Source: Fidelibacterota bacterium (GTDB lineage Bacteria; Pseudomonadota; Alphaproteobacteria; Rhodospirillales; Rhodospirillaceae). From it: a DNA stretch of 48,005 nucleotides. Every line of letters begins with the position of its first letter. Position 1 is the first letter of the stretch. The stretch spans positions 1 to 48,005 of the forward strand of contig CANKHC010000001.1 in assembly GCA_947481595.1 (NCBI GenBank), written 5' to 3'. Below the pieces are notes generated by a model, which had not been told where the DNA came from, made no database searches, and worked only from the letters and a program-made list of their open reading frames with translations. Positions 1 through 8,022 of the stretch are shown here, in pieces. Made by a program: the position numbers and the translations under genes.

Positions 1-697
1 AATCGCCGCCTCCGTGGCGCTCGTCTTCATCGCGCAGCGGGCGTCGGTGCCCGTTGAAACCTATGTCACCAAGATCGGCGAAACCCGCGACGTCACCCTG
101 GCCGATGGCTCGGTGGTGCATCTCAATACCGACACCAAACTGACCGTGGATCTCGGCACGTATCGGCGCGACGTCATCCTCGACAAGGGCGAGGCGCTGT
201 TCGAAGTGTCCGCCGATGCCCAGCGGCCCTTCATCGTGGCCATGGGCCCCAAGCGCGTGCGCGTGGTCGGCACGGCTTTCAACGTGCTGCGCCACGAAGG
301 CCGGATTGTCGTCTCGGTTGAACACGGCAAAGTGCAGGTTTCACACCAGAATGCAGCCGATGAAGGCGTCGCCCTGTCGCCGGGCGACCGTTACATTGGC
401 AGCGAAAGCGTCGCCGCCTATCAGCTCGTCCACGTCGATCCGGCCGTCATCAGCGCCTGGCGCGACGGGCGTCTGGTATTTGACGATGCGCCGCTGTCTC
501 AGGTTGTAACTGAGCTCAATCGCTACTTTGCGCAGCCGGTTGTCGTCCCGGACGCCGACGTCCAGAACCTGCGGTTCTCGGGCATCCTCAGGATGGACGA
601 GGAATCCGCGGTCCTGCGCCGCCTCGCGGCCTTTCTGCCGATTACTGTGCAGTCCGAAACCGATCGGGTAATATTGCTGCGGGGTTCCAATAAATGA
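1..697 (+). CDS. FecR-family transmembrane sensor / anti-sigma factor, 5'-partial (cut by window start)
   Basis: The frame is open from the window edge (IAASVALVFIAQR looks like the TM helix). The periplasmic FecR-like region follows (DVTLADGSVVHLNTDTKLTV...GEALFEV...VVGTAFNV). It sits 18 nt upstream of an STN-domain TonB receptor, the usual FecR-FecA arrangement. Confidence 0.8.
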   Translation, partial: IAASVALVFIAQRASVPVETYVTKIGETRDVTLADGSVVHLNTDTKLTVDLGTYRRDVILDKGEALFEVSADAQRPFIVAMGPKRVRVVGTAFNVLRHEGRIVVSVEHGKVQVSHQNAADEGVALSPGDRYIGSESVAAYQLVHVDPAVISAWRDGRLVFDDAPLSQVVTELNRYFAQPVVVPDADVQNLRFSGILRMDEESAVLRRLAAFLPITVQSETDRVILLRGSNK

Positions 698-715
698 CCT
701 TGCAGCGCGGGGGCG

Positions 716-3175
716 ATGGGGCGAACGGCCTGCTCAGCATGGACGGCGGCTTTGTATGTGGGCTGCGGCTTAGCCATTGCCGCCGGCCCGCGCGCGCTTG
801 CCTCGCCAGCCCCAGCCTCCGCCGCCGCTGAGGCGCACCTCTACAACATCCCGGCGCAGTCCTTAAGCGCCGCCCTCCTGTCCTTCGCCACCCAAGCCGA
901 CATCTCCATCGGCCTTGCCAGCGTCTCCCTCACCAACCGCGTCAGCCGCCCGCTCGCCGGCACCGAAACCGTCGAAAGTGCTTTGCGCCGCCTGCTCGCC
1001 GGGACGGGACTGAGTTTCGAGAGGATCGATGCTGCGACCTGGCGCATCTTCGAGGCGCAGAGCATCCCCTCATCCGCGCCGCCGGTCCGCGAAGCCTTGG
1101 TGCCACTAACCTTGCCGGCGCTCGAAGAGATCACCGTCACGGCGGCCAAGCGCGCGCTGTCCCTGCAGACCACGGCGATCTCGGTGGCCGCCGTCACCGG
1201 CACCACCGCCATGAATTACGGGTTGCGGTCCTCGCGCGACGTGACGTCGTTGGTCGCGGGGCTTGCCACCACCAACCAGGCACCGGGCAAAAACAAATTC
1301 ATCGTGCGCGGATTGTCGGACGGCCCGTTCACCGGCAACACCCAGTCCACGGTCGGCGTCTACATCGACGAGACCCGCGCCATCTTCAACGCCCCCGATC
1401 CCAATCTCGCGCTGGTGGACATCGACCGCGTCGAGGTCATTCGCGGACCCCAATCGACGCTGTATGGTGCCGGCTCGATCGGCGGCCTCGTGCGCCTCAT
1501 CACCCGTCAGCCCGTCTTCGGCGTAACGCAGCTCGAAGCCGCCACCGACGGCAGCGCCTCGGGCCGGTCAGGCGCATCGGGGGCATTCGCCGCCGTCGCC
1601 AATGTGCCCATGCTCGGCGACCGCATGGCAATGCGCGCGGTGGCCTATGCGCGTCACGACGGCGGCTACATCAACGACACTTTGCGCGGCGCGCGCCATA
1701 TCAACCAAAGCGACACCTCCGGCGGTCGTGCCGTCGCGCGCCTGGCTCTGTCGCAAGAATGGACGCTGCGCGCCGGCGTGCTCTATCAAAAGACCGACAA
1801 CGACGACACGCAGTATGCCGACGCGTCCATGCCGCGCTACGCGCGCGCGACATTCCACGCCGAGCCTTCGAACAGCTCCTTCTTCGAGGGCAATATCGCG
1901 GTCGAAGGCGAACTCAGTTGGGCCGATCTGATCTCCTCCACGGCCTGGATCGACCACCACGCCAACGCCACCTACGATGCCTCGCAAGCGCTGCCGGTGC
2001 TGCTCATGGAGCCGCCGCAGCCCACCGCCTTCACCCAGATCAACCGCTACGAAACCTTCAGCCACGAAACACGCCTGGTCTCCCTGCCGGGCGGGCGCTG
2101 GCAGTGGCTGGGCGGGATCTTTGTCTCTCACCGCAATAACACTTCAGACTTGGCCCTCACGCGCCTCGACCGCACGCCCCGCTTTATCTTCTATTCCAAG
2201 AACCGCGCCGATCGCGGCACTGAACTCGCCGGCTTCGGCGAGGCGACCTATACGTTCGCCTCGCGCATAGCACTCACCGCCGGCTTGCGCTCCTACCGCA
2301 GCACCGAGCGCACCTCAGCCAACAACGCCGAGCTGATCGACGTCGGCCCGGCTCAGGCTTTCGGCGAGAACCAGAAGACTGGCGTGACGCCTAAGGTCGG
2401 CATCTCCTATCAGCTCAATTCCAGCCAGCTGCTGTACGCCCAGATGACCCAAGGCTTCCGCATGGGCGGCATCAACATCGCCGCGGCCATTGCGCCGCGC
2501 GTGACCTCCGGCGGACGGCCGCTGACGGTCTCCAACTTCGACTCAGACCGCTTGTGGAATTTCGAGATCGGCTCCAAGAACGTCGTGCTGGGCGAGCACG
2601 CCACACTGAATGGCACGATCTTCTACCAGCATTGGGAAAATGCCCAAGCCGACTTGATCCGCCCCAGCGGCATCTTCTTTACCGCCAACGTCGGCGACGT
2701 GCGAAATTTCGGTTTTGAAGCCGATCTGACCTATGTCCCACTGCCGCACGTCCAGGTGATCGCCAACGTCTCCTGGAACCGGCCCAAGCTTTCGACCACC
2801 GCCGGTGCGCTGGCGGGCTCGGTGATCAACGGCTTGCCGGCGCCGCCGCAGCTGTCGGGGACCGTCGCTGCGCAATACGAAGTTCCGTTGGCCGGCGACA
2901 ACACCGCCGTCTTCAATCTCAAGTACGGCTTCGTCGGCAAGGCGCGTCTTGCGCGCGGTGTCATGGCGAATGCCGCCGTGTCCGCTTATCACGTCATCGA
3001 TCTGCGGGCCGCGCTGCAGCGTCCGCACTGGAAATTCTCGGCCTATGTCGAGAACGTCACCGACAACGCCACCAACGCCTATGCTTTTGGTAATCCCTTT
3101 TCGCTGAGCCAGGTCCCCCAGAAGATCCCCATGCGTCCGCGCACCTTCGGTGCCACGGTCGCTTGGGCGTATTAG
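716..3175 (+). CDS. TonB-dependent receptor with N-terminal STN signalling domain (FecA-like transducer)
   Basis: Signal peptide, then an STN motif (YNIPAQSLSAALLSFATQADISIG...ALRRLLAGTGLSF). Plug motifs follow (FIVRGLSD, IDRVEVIRGPQSTLYGAGSIGG). Long beta-barrel with a C-terminal aromatic residue (...ATVAWAY). ATG at 716. Confidence 0.9.
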   Translation: MGRTACSAWTAALYVGCGLAIAAGPRALASPAPASAAAEAHLYNIPAQSLSAALLSFATQADISIGLASVSLTNRVSRPLAGTETVESALRRLLAGTGLSFERIDAATWRIFEAQSIPSSAPPVREALVPLTLPALEEITVTAAKRALSLQTTAISVAAVTGTTAMNYGLRSSRDVTSLVAGLATTNQAPGKNKFIVRGLSDGPFTGNTQSTVGVYIDETRAIFNAPDPNLALVDIDRVEVIRGPQSTLYGAGSIGGLVRLITRQPVFGVTQLEAATDGSASGRSGASGAFAAVANVPMLGDRMAMRAVAYARHDGGYINDTLRGARHINQSDTSGGRAVARLALSQEWTLRAGVLYQKTDNDDTQYADASMPRYARATFHAEPSNSSFFEGNIAVEGELSWADLISSTAWIDHHANATYDASQALPVLLMEPPQPTAFTQINRYETFSHETRLVSLPGGRWQWLGGIFVSHRNNTSDLALTRLDRTPRFIFYSKNRADRGTELAGFGEATYTFASRIALTAGLRSYRSTERTSANNAELIDVGPAQAFGENQKTGVTPKVGISYQLNSSQLLYAQMTQGFRMGGINIAAAIAPRVTSGGRPLTVSNFDSDRLWNFEIGSKNVVLGEHATLNGTIFYQHWENAQADLIRPSGIFFTANVGDVRNFGFEADLTYVPLPHVQVIANVSWNRPKLSTTAGALAGSVINGLPAPPQLSGTVAAQYEVPLAGDNTAVFNLKYGFVGKARLARGVMANAAVSAYHVIDLRAALQRPHWKFSAYVENVTDNATNAYAFGNPFSLSQVPQKIPMRPRTFGATVAWAY

Positions 3176-3181
3176 CGGGAC

Positions 3182-3601
3182 TTACGGACCGGCTTTGGGC
3201 GGCGACGTCACGCGCTTCGATAAGTCGATCACGCGGTCGGCCAGCTGGTTGATCCAGAACTGCAGCAACGGATCGGCGTCCTCCAGCTTCTTCTTGAAGA
3301 CATCCTGGCTGATCACCAGAACCTCGCAATCCTCGCCGGCGCGGGCACTGGCGGTGCGTTTGGAATCGGCCATGAGGGCGAGTTCGCCGAACATCTTACC
3401 CTTGCTCAGCGTGGTCAGCACCACGGTCTGTCCGGCCTTGTTGCGCGAGACGATCTCGACTTCGCCGCGCAGGATGACAAAAGCATCGCGCGCGTGCTGG
3501 CCTTCCTCGAAAATCAGCACGCCTTTCACAAAAGGCCGGCGATCGAGAACCTTGTTGAGGCCTCGTTCGCCGAGAGAAAAATCGATGCCCTTTTTTGTCA
3601 C
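3182..3601 (-). CDS. Single-domain cyclic-nucleotide-binding (cNMP/Crp-like effector domain) protein
   Basis: FEEGQHARDAFVILRGEVEIV...KGKMFGELALM...RTASARA is the classic cNMP-binding beta-roll with the FGE and RTA motifs. No HTH output domain (139 aa). Confidence 0.8.
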   Translation of the reverse strand: MTKKGIDFSLGERGLNKVLDRRPFVKGVLIFEEGQHARDAFVILRGEVEIVSRNKAGQTVVLTTLSKGKMFGELALMADSKRTASARAGEDCEVLVISQDVFKKKLEDADPLLQFWINQLADRVIDLSKRVTSPPKAGP

Positions 3602-3672
3602 GTCAAACTCCGCGCGAACTTTCGCAGAGTCTCACGCCATCCGCCCTTGCGCAAGTCTAGGGGCGGAGAGCA

Positions 3673-5325
3673 TCAGTCGGCGAGCGCGCAAACGGCGCTC
3701 ATATCGCTGATCACGCCCGAGCGCCGGTTGTTGACCAGGTGCTGCAGGATGCCGGTGAACGTGCCTTCCAGCCTGAGGTCGTAGTGGAACATCGCCGCGT
3801 CGGGGTGCAAACCAATGGCGGCTTCGACGGCAGCGATCGGCAGGGCGATCTGGCCGTGGGCGGGAAGGACCGATGTGGTGAACCCGCCAAGCGACCGCCC
3901 ATCACGCGCATCGAGCAGCCGCAGGCTTGCAGGCGCGGCAGCGTTCCCAGAGTTCACCAGCACAACGGTGCTGGGATAGTTGCTGTCCAGCAGCGAGGAA
4001 TGCACGTTAGCCAGCGTGCGGCGGCTTGCCGGCGGAGCGCTGTCGCAGGTCGAGAGGTTGGTCAGCGTGCCGTCGAGGCTGCGGAACAGCGCATGCTGGA
4101 AGGTCCCCTCCATATCGGTCTCGATGCTGAGGGTGTAGGACGCCGGGCGCGCCAAGCCCGCACCGGCGGCTTCTTCGATCGTGCCGATGGAAAACTGCGG
4201 CGCGGCGCCGGGCGCGATCGCCGGGCTGGTCCAGGCCGCCACTTGCTTGCCGGTGCCGCCGTCGAACAGCTTCACGGTCACGCGCGCCGCCTCCGATCCG
4301 CCGTTGAAGAAGCGCAGGAACGACAGCGAGTCTGTTCCTGCCGCGAAAACCGCGCCGGCGTTGATGACGGCGGCGGGGGCTTCGGTCTTCGAAACCTCGC
4401 CAGGTCCGCGCAGAACCTGGCCCACGTTCTGGAAGGTGTTGTTGATCAGTTCGGCTGCCGTAGAGGTGAAGTTGTAGATGCCGGTGCTGTTGGCGGCGGT
4501 GTTGACCAGCGTGCTGTTCTTCACCGTCAAGCGGCTGGGGGCGTGCAAACTGCCTTCGGCCCCGAAGGCGACCATCGTCGTATTGCTGGTCTTCGACCCT
4601 TGCGTGATGACCAGGCCGTCGAGCACCGCCTCACCGCCGTTAGGCAGATCGACGGCATAGCTCGGCGTACCGTTGACGCCGTCATCCAATATCGTATCGG
4701 TGATCTCGGTCTTCTTCGCGCGGCTCTTGATGTCGTGGCCGGCGCGCGTGCCGGCGAAGGTGCTATCGCTGATGATCAGGCGCGCGATGACGTTGGCGTA
4801 AACGCCGTGCGTATACCCATCCCCCGCGCCGTTGCCGGAAAAGACCGAGCGGCGGATGGTCAAGGTCGCTGTGTCGCTGGAATTGGTCAGGATGCCGTTC
4901 TGATTGTCATTGAACGTGCAGTCTTCGACCGTCAACTGCCCGGCCTGGTGGCGGATGCCGGCGGCGTTGTTGCCATCGCTCTTGGAAATCTCCGCACCGT
5001 CGAACGTCAGCCCGCGCACCGTGACGTCGGTGTTGGTGATCAGAAAACCTTTGCGGTTGGCGAGCGGCGTGGTCGCCCGCAGGATCACACCTGCGCCGGC
5101 AGCCTCAATGGTCACCGACGCATTCACTGTTGCGGTGTCGTTCAGATAAATCCCGGGATCGACAATGATGCGGTCGCCGGCCTTGGCGGCATTGACCGCG
5201 GCGGCAAGGGTCTTGGTGCCACGCAAGGCGCCGACGCGAATCTCGGCGGCCGATGCCTGCACCGATAAGAGCACTGCACTCGTCAGAGCCGCTACGCGCC
5301 AGATCGCCGTGGAAACCGACATCAC
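3673..5325 (-). CDS. Secreted right-handed parallel beta-helix repeat protein with two tandem C-terminal domains
   Basis: Sec signal (MMSVSTAIWRVAALTSAVLLSVQASAAE). Repeated N/G/T-rich coils typical of the pectin-lyase fold (NDNQNGIL, FSGNGAGDGYTHGVYAN, ISDSTFAGT). The C-terminal ~220 aa form two related ~100-aa units, each ending in Cys. Confidence 0.7.
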   Translation of the reverse strand: MMSVSTAIWRVAALTSAVLLSVQASAAEIRVGALRGTKTLAAAVNAAKAGDRIIVDPGIYLNDTATVNASVTIEAAGAGVILRATTPLANRKGFLITNTDVTVRGLTFDGAEISKSDGNNAAGIRHQAGQLTVEDCTFNDNQNGILTNSSDTATLTIRRSVFSGNGAGDGYTHGVYANVIARLIISDSTFAGTRAGHDIKSRAKKTEITDTILDDGVNGTPSYAVDLPNGGEAVLDGLVITQGSKTSNTTMVAFGAEGSLHAPSRLTVKNSTLVNTAANSTGIYNFTSTAAELINNTFQNVGQVLRGPGEVSKTEAPAAVINAGAVFAAGTDSLSFLRFFNGGSEAARVTVKLFDGGTGKQVAAWTSPAIAPGAAPQFSIGTIEEAAGAGLARPASYTLSIETDMEGTFQHALFRSLDGTLTNLSTCDSAPPASRRTLANVHSSLLDSNYPSTVVLVNSGNAAAPASLRLLDARDGRSLGGFTTSVLPAHGQIALPIAAVEAAIGLHPDAAMFHYDLRLEGTFTGILQHLVNNRRSGVISDMSAVCALAD

Positions 5326-5360
5326 ATCAACCCAACGATCTCACGCATCTTCCCGCGCCG

Positions 5361-5388
5361 CCGGTCGAAGCCGTGTGGCTTCGACCGG
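5361..5388 (-). terminator. Perfect 12-bp stem hairpin downstream of the XRE gene (no clear U-tract)
   Basis: CCGGTCGAAGCC-GTGT-GGCTTCGACCGG lies between the XRE stop (5448) and the next gene start (5325). Confidence 0.4.
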
Positions 5389-5447
5389 GTGGATCAAATC
5401 ATCTTCGCGCGCGGTTTTCTAGAACGCCGCTTTTTTACGAAGCCCGC

Positions 5448-5816
5448 TTACGACGCAGGTCCGCGTTCAGCGCGGCGAAAATGCTCGCCCAGCTTGCGCG
5501 GAGAGTTGCTCGCGGTTTCCTCATCCATGTCGTCGTAGAAATACGACACAGGACATTCGAGCACGCGGCTCAAATCCCACAAGCGGCTGGCACCGATGCG
5601 GTTTGCACCGCGTTCGTATTTCTGCACTTGCTGGAAGGTGACGCCGAGTGCGACGCCAAGTTGTTCCTGGCTCATGCTCAGCGCCATGCGGCGGTGTTTG
5701 ACGCGGTTGCCGACATAGACGTCAACGGGATTGGGTTTACCCGACGGCATACGGCCGCGGACCGAACGGTGGGGCATACGGTTGTCGCTTTCTTTCATAT
5801 CGTGAACAAATTCCAT
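5448..5816 (-). CDS. XRE-family helix-turn-helix transcriptional regulator
   Basis: VGNRVKHRRMALSMSQEQLGVALGVTFQQVQKYERGANRIGASRLWDLSRVL is a canonical Cro/C1 HTH. ATG at 5816 is preceded by AGAGGA. The track ORF starts one codon earlier at TTG. Confidence 0.85.
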   Translation of the reverse strand: MEFVHDMKESDNRMPHRSVRGRMPSGKPNPVDVYVGNRVKHRRMALSMSQEQLGVALGVTFQQVQKYERGANRIGASRLWDLSRVLECPVSYFYDDMDEETASNSPRKLGEHFRRAERGPAS

Positions 5817-6090
5817 CAAAGGGATCCTCTTGAAACGGCGGCATTAGAACGCCTCTGATGATCAGTTATGCAAAACACGGGCCACCCGTAACACGCCTAC
5901 AACCGGCGTATTCCGCGCAGGTCCTGTAAGAAAACCTAGAAATACCCGCAAAGACTGTCGCGCTGCCTTACAACGAAAGGCAGCGAAGGGTCCGGCGCAC
6001 ACTTATTGCCCGCACGCAAAAATTGTGCCGTGGAACAATATCGGCGCACGCCGATTGTGATTCCGTCTCCCGCAAAAACGGAATCCAAAC

Positions 6091-6330
6091 ATGGCGAAGA
6101 TCATCTACGAAGTTGTCGAGCACGACGGTGGCTGGGCTTACCGCGCCAGCGGCGCCTACTCCGAAACCTACCGCACGCGTGAGCAGGCGCGCGCCGCCGC
6201 CGAACAGGCCGCTGCGCGCCAGAGGCTCGGCGGCATGACCACCGGCATCACATGGGAAGACCGCGACGGTGAGTGGCACCAGGAAGTCGCCAAGGGCGAC
6301 GACCGGCCAGATACCGAAGTTGCCGGCTGA
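6091..6330 (+). CDS. Small DUF2188-like protein
   Basis: YEVVEHDGGWAYRASG...TYRTREQARAAAEQAA resembles the DUF2188 core (V.PH.dGWa.k..g....f.T..eA...A). 79 aa, ATG start. Confidence 0.6.
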   Translation: MAKIIYEVVEHDGGWAYRASGAYSETYRTREQARAAAEQAAARQRLGGMTTGITWEDRDGEWHQEVAKGDDRPDTEVAG

Positions 6331-6374
6331 CGCCGGACGAATCGCGGGCTAAAAAATCCGCGCCAATAAAGAAG

Positions 6375-6403
6375 GGGCCTCCGGCGGATTGCCGAAGGCC
6401 CCT
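6375..6403. terminator. Hairpin between convergent genes (possible bidirectional terminator)
   Basis: GGGGCC...GGCCCC outer stem with an inner CGGC/GCCG stem, followed by TGATCTTT. It lies between stops at 6330 (+) and 6422 (-). Confidence 0.4.
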
Positions 6404-6421
6404 GATCTTTAGAGTATTTCG

Positions 6422-6793
6422 CTATTTCTGGTTGGAGTCGTTCTGGCTGGACTTGTTGCGGTTCTGACGATTCTGCTCATCTGAATCGCTCTGGTTAGCG
6501 CCCTGCTGCGATTGGTTCTTTGAGCCCTGCTGGTTCTGCTGGCTGTCCTGATCATCGCGGTCGGACTGATTGCCCTGCTGCTTTTGATTCTGGCCCTGCT
6601 GACCCTGCTGCGCGCGGTTCTGTGAACCCTGTTGGTTCTGCTGGCTGTCTTGATCGTCGCGATCGTTGCGGTCGGACTGATTGCCCTGCTGCTTCTGGCC
6701 CTGCTGACCCTGTTGGTTCTGCTGGCGATTCTGGTTTTGGTCGCCTTTCTGCTGGCTTTGGTCGCCCTGTTGCGTGCGATTTTCGTTGGCCAC
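6422..6793 (-). CDS. Q/N/D-rich low-complexity hydrophilic repeat protein (hydrophilin-like, probably disordered)
   Basis: GTG start at 6793 is preceded by AAGGAG about 8 nt upstream. An exact GGAAC-N17-CGTT motif lies about 65-90 nt upstream. The protein is almost entirely Q, N, D, G, S, R and K, with two ~33-aa repeats (QQGQQGQ.QKQQGNQSDR.DDQDSQQNQQGS). Confidence 0.6.
   Translation of the reverse strand: MANENRTQQGDQSQQKGDQNQNRQQNQQGQQGQKQQGNQSDRNDRDDQDSQQNQQGSQNRAQQGQQGQNQKQQGNQSDRDDQDSQQNQQGSKNQSQQGANQSDSDEQNRQNRNKSSQNDSNQK
6525..6712. repeat. Two imperfect ~85-100 nt direct repeats inside the Q-rich CDS
   Basis: Unit 1 is about 6525-6607 and unit 2 about 6627-6712. Both share CCCTG(C/T)TGGTTCTGCTGGCTGTC(C/T)TGATC...GCGGTCGGACTGATTGCCCTGCTGCTT...CTGGCCCTGCTGACCCTG, with two 6-nt indels that keep the reading frame. 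Confidence 0.7.
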
Positions 6794-6857
6794 TGGATGC
6801 GCTCCTTGATTTTAATGCTGCGCACGGAATGAGGAATTCATGCGTGCGGATTCAGAC

Positions 6858-6883
6858 AACGGGATTTTCCAGGCCAGGGTTCC
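6858..6883 (-). promoter_or_regulatory. Candidate EcfG-type (general stress response ECF sigma) promoter: GGAAC-N17-CGTT
   Basis: The minus strand reads TTTTTTTGGAAC-CCTGGCCTGGAAAATCC-CGTTGTC. The plus strand has GTTCC at 6879-6883 and AACG at 6858-6861. It is correctly oriented about 65 nt upstream of the Q-rich CDS start. Confidence 0.55.
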
Positions 6884-6931
6884 AAAAAAAGTGAAGCGGA
6901 TGGAAAAGTCCGTCTCTGCGTTGCTCTGGCG

Positions 6932-7921
6932 ATGAACCCTGACGTTTCGCTCATACATGTGAATGACACCGTGCCGGGACTTGCGCGCAAGCGTAATGGA
7001 TCGGGTTTCATTTATCTCGACACCAAGGGCCGTCGCGTAAACGCCGCGGCGACGCTCGCACGCATCCGTGCGCTGGCGATCCCGCCGGCCTGGCGTCATG
7101 TCTGGATCAGCACCAGTGCGCGCGCTCATTTGCAAGCCACCGGCCGTGATGCACGCGGGCGCAAACAATTCCGCTATCACGCGGCGTTCCGTGCGGCGCA
7201 AGACGAGCACAAGTTCGCCCACCTCGCGGCCTTCGCGGACGTGCTGCCGAAGATTCGCCGTGCGGTCGCGCGCGATCTGCGCCTCCCCGGCCTGCCGCGC
7301 GCGAAGGTATTGGCGACGGTCGTGCATCTGCTCGAGACCACTTTGATCCGTGTCGGCAACGCCGACTACGCCCGCGCCAATAAAAGCTTCGGCCTCACGA
7401 CATTGCGTGACGCCCATGTCGCGGTGAACGGCAGCGCGCTCAAATTTCATTTCAAGGGAAAGAGCGGCAAGGTCTGGCGTCTGGCCGTCACCGACCGGCG
7501 TGTCGCGAAAACCGTGCGGGCCTGCCAGGAGTTGCCCGGCCAGCATCTCTTTCAATACCGCGACGACGATGGCGTGCGCCACGCCATCAGCTCAAACGAC
7601 GTCAACGCTTACTTGCGCGCGGTCAGCGGACGCGACATCACCGCCAAGGAATTCCGCACCTGGGCGGGAACGGTTCTGTGTGCCGCTGCGCTCAAGGCAG
7701 GCGCGCCGCCGGCCAGCGAAGCCGCCGCCAATCGCACGATCAAAGCCGCGGTGGCCGCCGTCGCCGAACGCCTCGGCAATACCGTGGCGATCTGCCGAAA
7801 ATGCTACGTGCACCCGGCAGTGATCGACGCTTACAGCGCCAGCCGGCGCCTTCCCCGCCGCCGCATCCCGGGCCTGCGCGCCGACGAGGCCGCGGTCCTC
7901 ACCCTTCTGCGCGCCGCGTAG
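6932..7921 (+). CDS. DNA topoisomerase IB (bacterial/poxvirus type)
   Basis: The N-terminus (GFIYLDTKGRRV...IRALAIPPAWRHVWIS...HLQATGRDARGRKQFRYH) and the catalytic-Tyr region (ICRKCYVHP) match bacterial TopIB. Length is 329 aa. Confidence 0.9.
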   Translation: MNPDVSLIHVNDTVPGLARKRNGSGFIYLDTKGRRVNAAATLARIRALAIPPAWRHVWISTSARAHLQATGRDARGRKQFRYHAAFRAAQDEHKFAHLAAFADVLPKIRRAVARDLRLPGLPRAKVLATVVHLLETTLIRVGNADYARANKSFGLTTLRDAHVAVNGSALKFHFKGKSGKVWRLAVTDRRVAKTVRACQELPGQHLFQYRDDDGVRHAISSNDVNAYLRAVSGRDITAKEFRTWAGTVLCAAALKAGAPPASEAAANRTIKAAVAAVAERLGNTVAICRKCYVHPAVIDAYSASRRLPRRRIPGLRADEAAVLTLLRAA

Positions 7922-7972
7922 CCCTCCACATTCTTGTGATCACGTTTTGTACGTGACAATGTCCGGCCAAAT

Positions 7973-7987
7973 GTTCTACATTTGTTC
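7973..7987 (+). promoter_or_regulatory. Candidate alphaproteobacterial LexA (SOS) box GTTC-N7-GTTC
   Basis: aaatGTTCtacatttGTTCtgt lies in an AT-rich 101-nt spacer, 36 nt upstream of the DUF763 ATG (8023). It overlaps a TTCTGT-A-ACAGAA palindrome (7985-7997). Confidence 0.5.
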
Positions 7988-8022
7988 TGTAACAGAATCT
8001 CATGATTTCAATAGGTTGTTAC

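Noticed and set aside
3739-5268. 509-aa ORF on the plus strand, antisense to the beta-helix gene. Similar long antisense ORFs occur at 8008-8949, 12103-13212, 13222-15039, 16925-18079, 20624-22330, 23778-25646, 27534-29294, 30363-31361, 31776-33131, 34161-35399, 35390-36592, 41247-42050, 43148-44572 and 45222-46571.
   Set aside because: These are typical high-GC shadow ORFs. Their composition is extremely rich in R, G, A, H and D, they have no recognisable motifs or RBS, and each fully overlaps a gene with clear family signatures on the other strand.
6032-6057. GGAAC-N15-CGATTG upstream of the DUF2188-like gene, a possible third EcfG-type promoter.
   Set aside because: The -10 element is CGATT rather than CGTT, and the spacing is off by one. 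It is suggestive, given the two exact motifs nearby, but not supportable from sequence alone.
6525-6712. Direct repeats that could be mistaken for a small CRISPR or VNTR array.
   Set aside because: There are only two imperfect copies with no spacer architecture. They lie in frame inside a CDS, so they are an intragenic coding duplication.
6409-6832. Alternative ORFs over the CAG/CTG-rich repeat region: a 138-aa R/T/S-rich frame on the minus strand (6409-6825) and a Leu/Val-rich hydrophobic 66-aa frame on the plus strand (6632-6832).
   Set aside because: Only the Q-rich frame has a good RBS (AAGGAG) and a correctly placed promoter motif. The others are frame artefacts of the trinucleotide-biased repeat. 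The Leu-rich one cannot be fully excluded without expression data.
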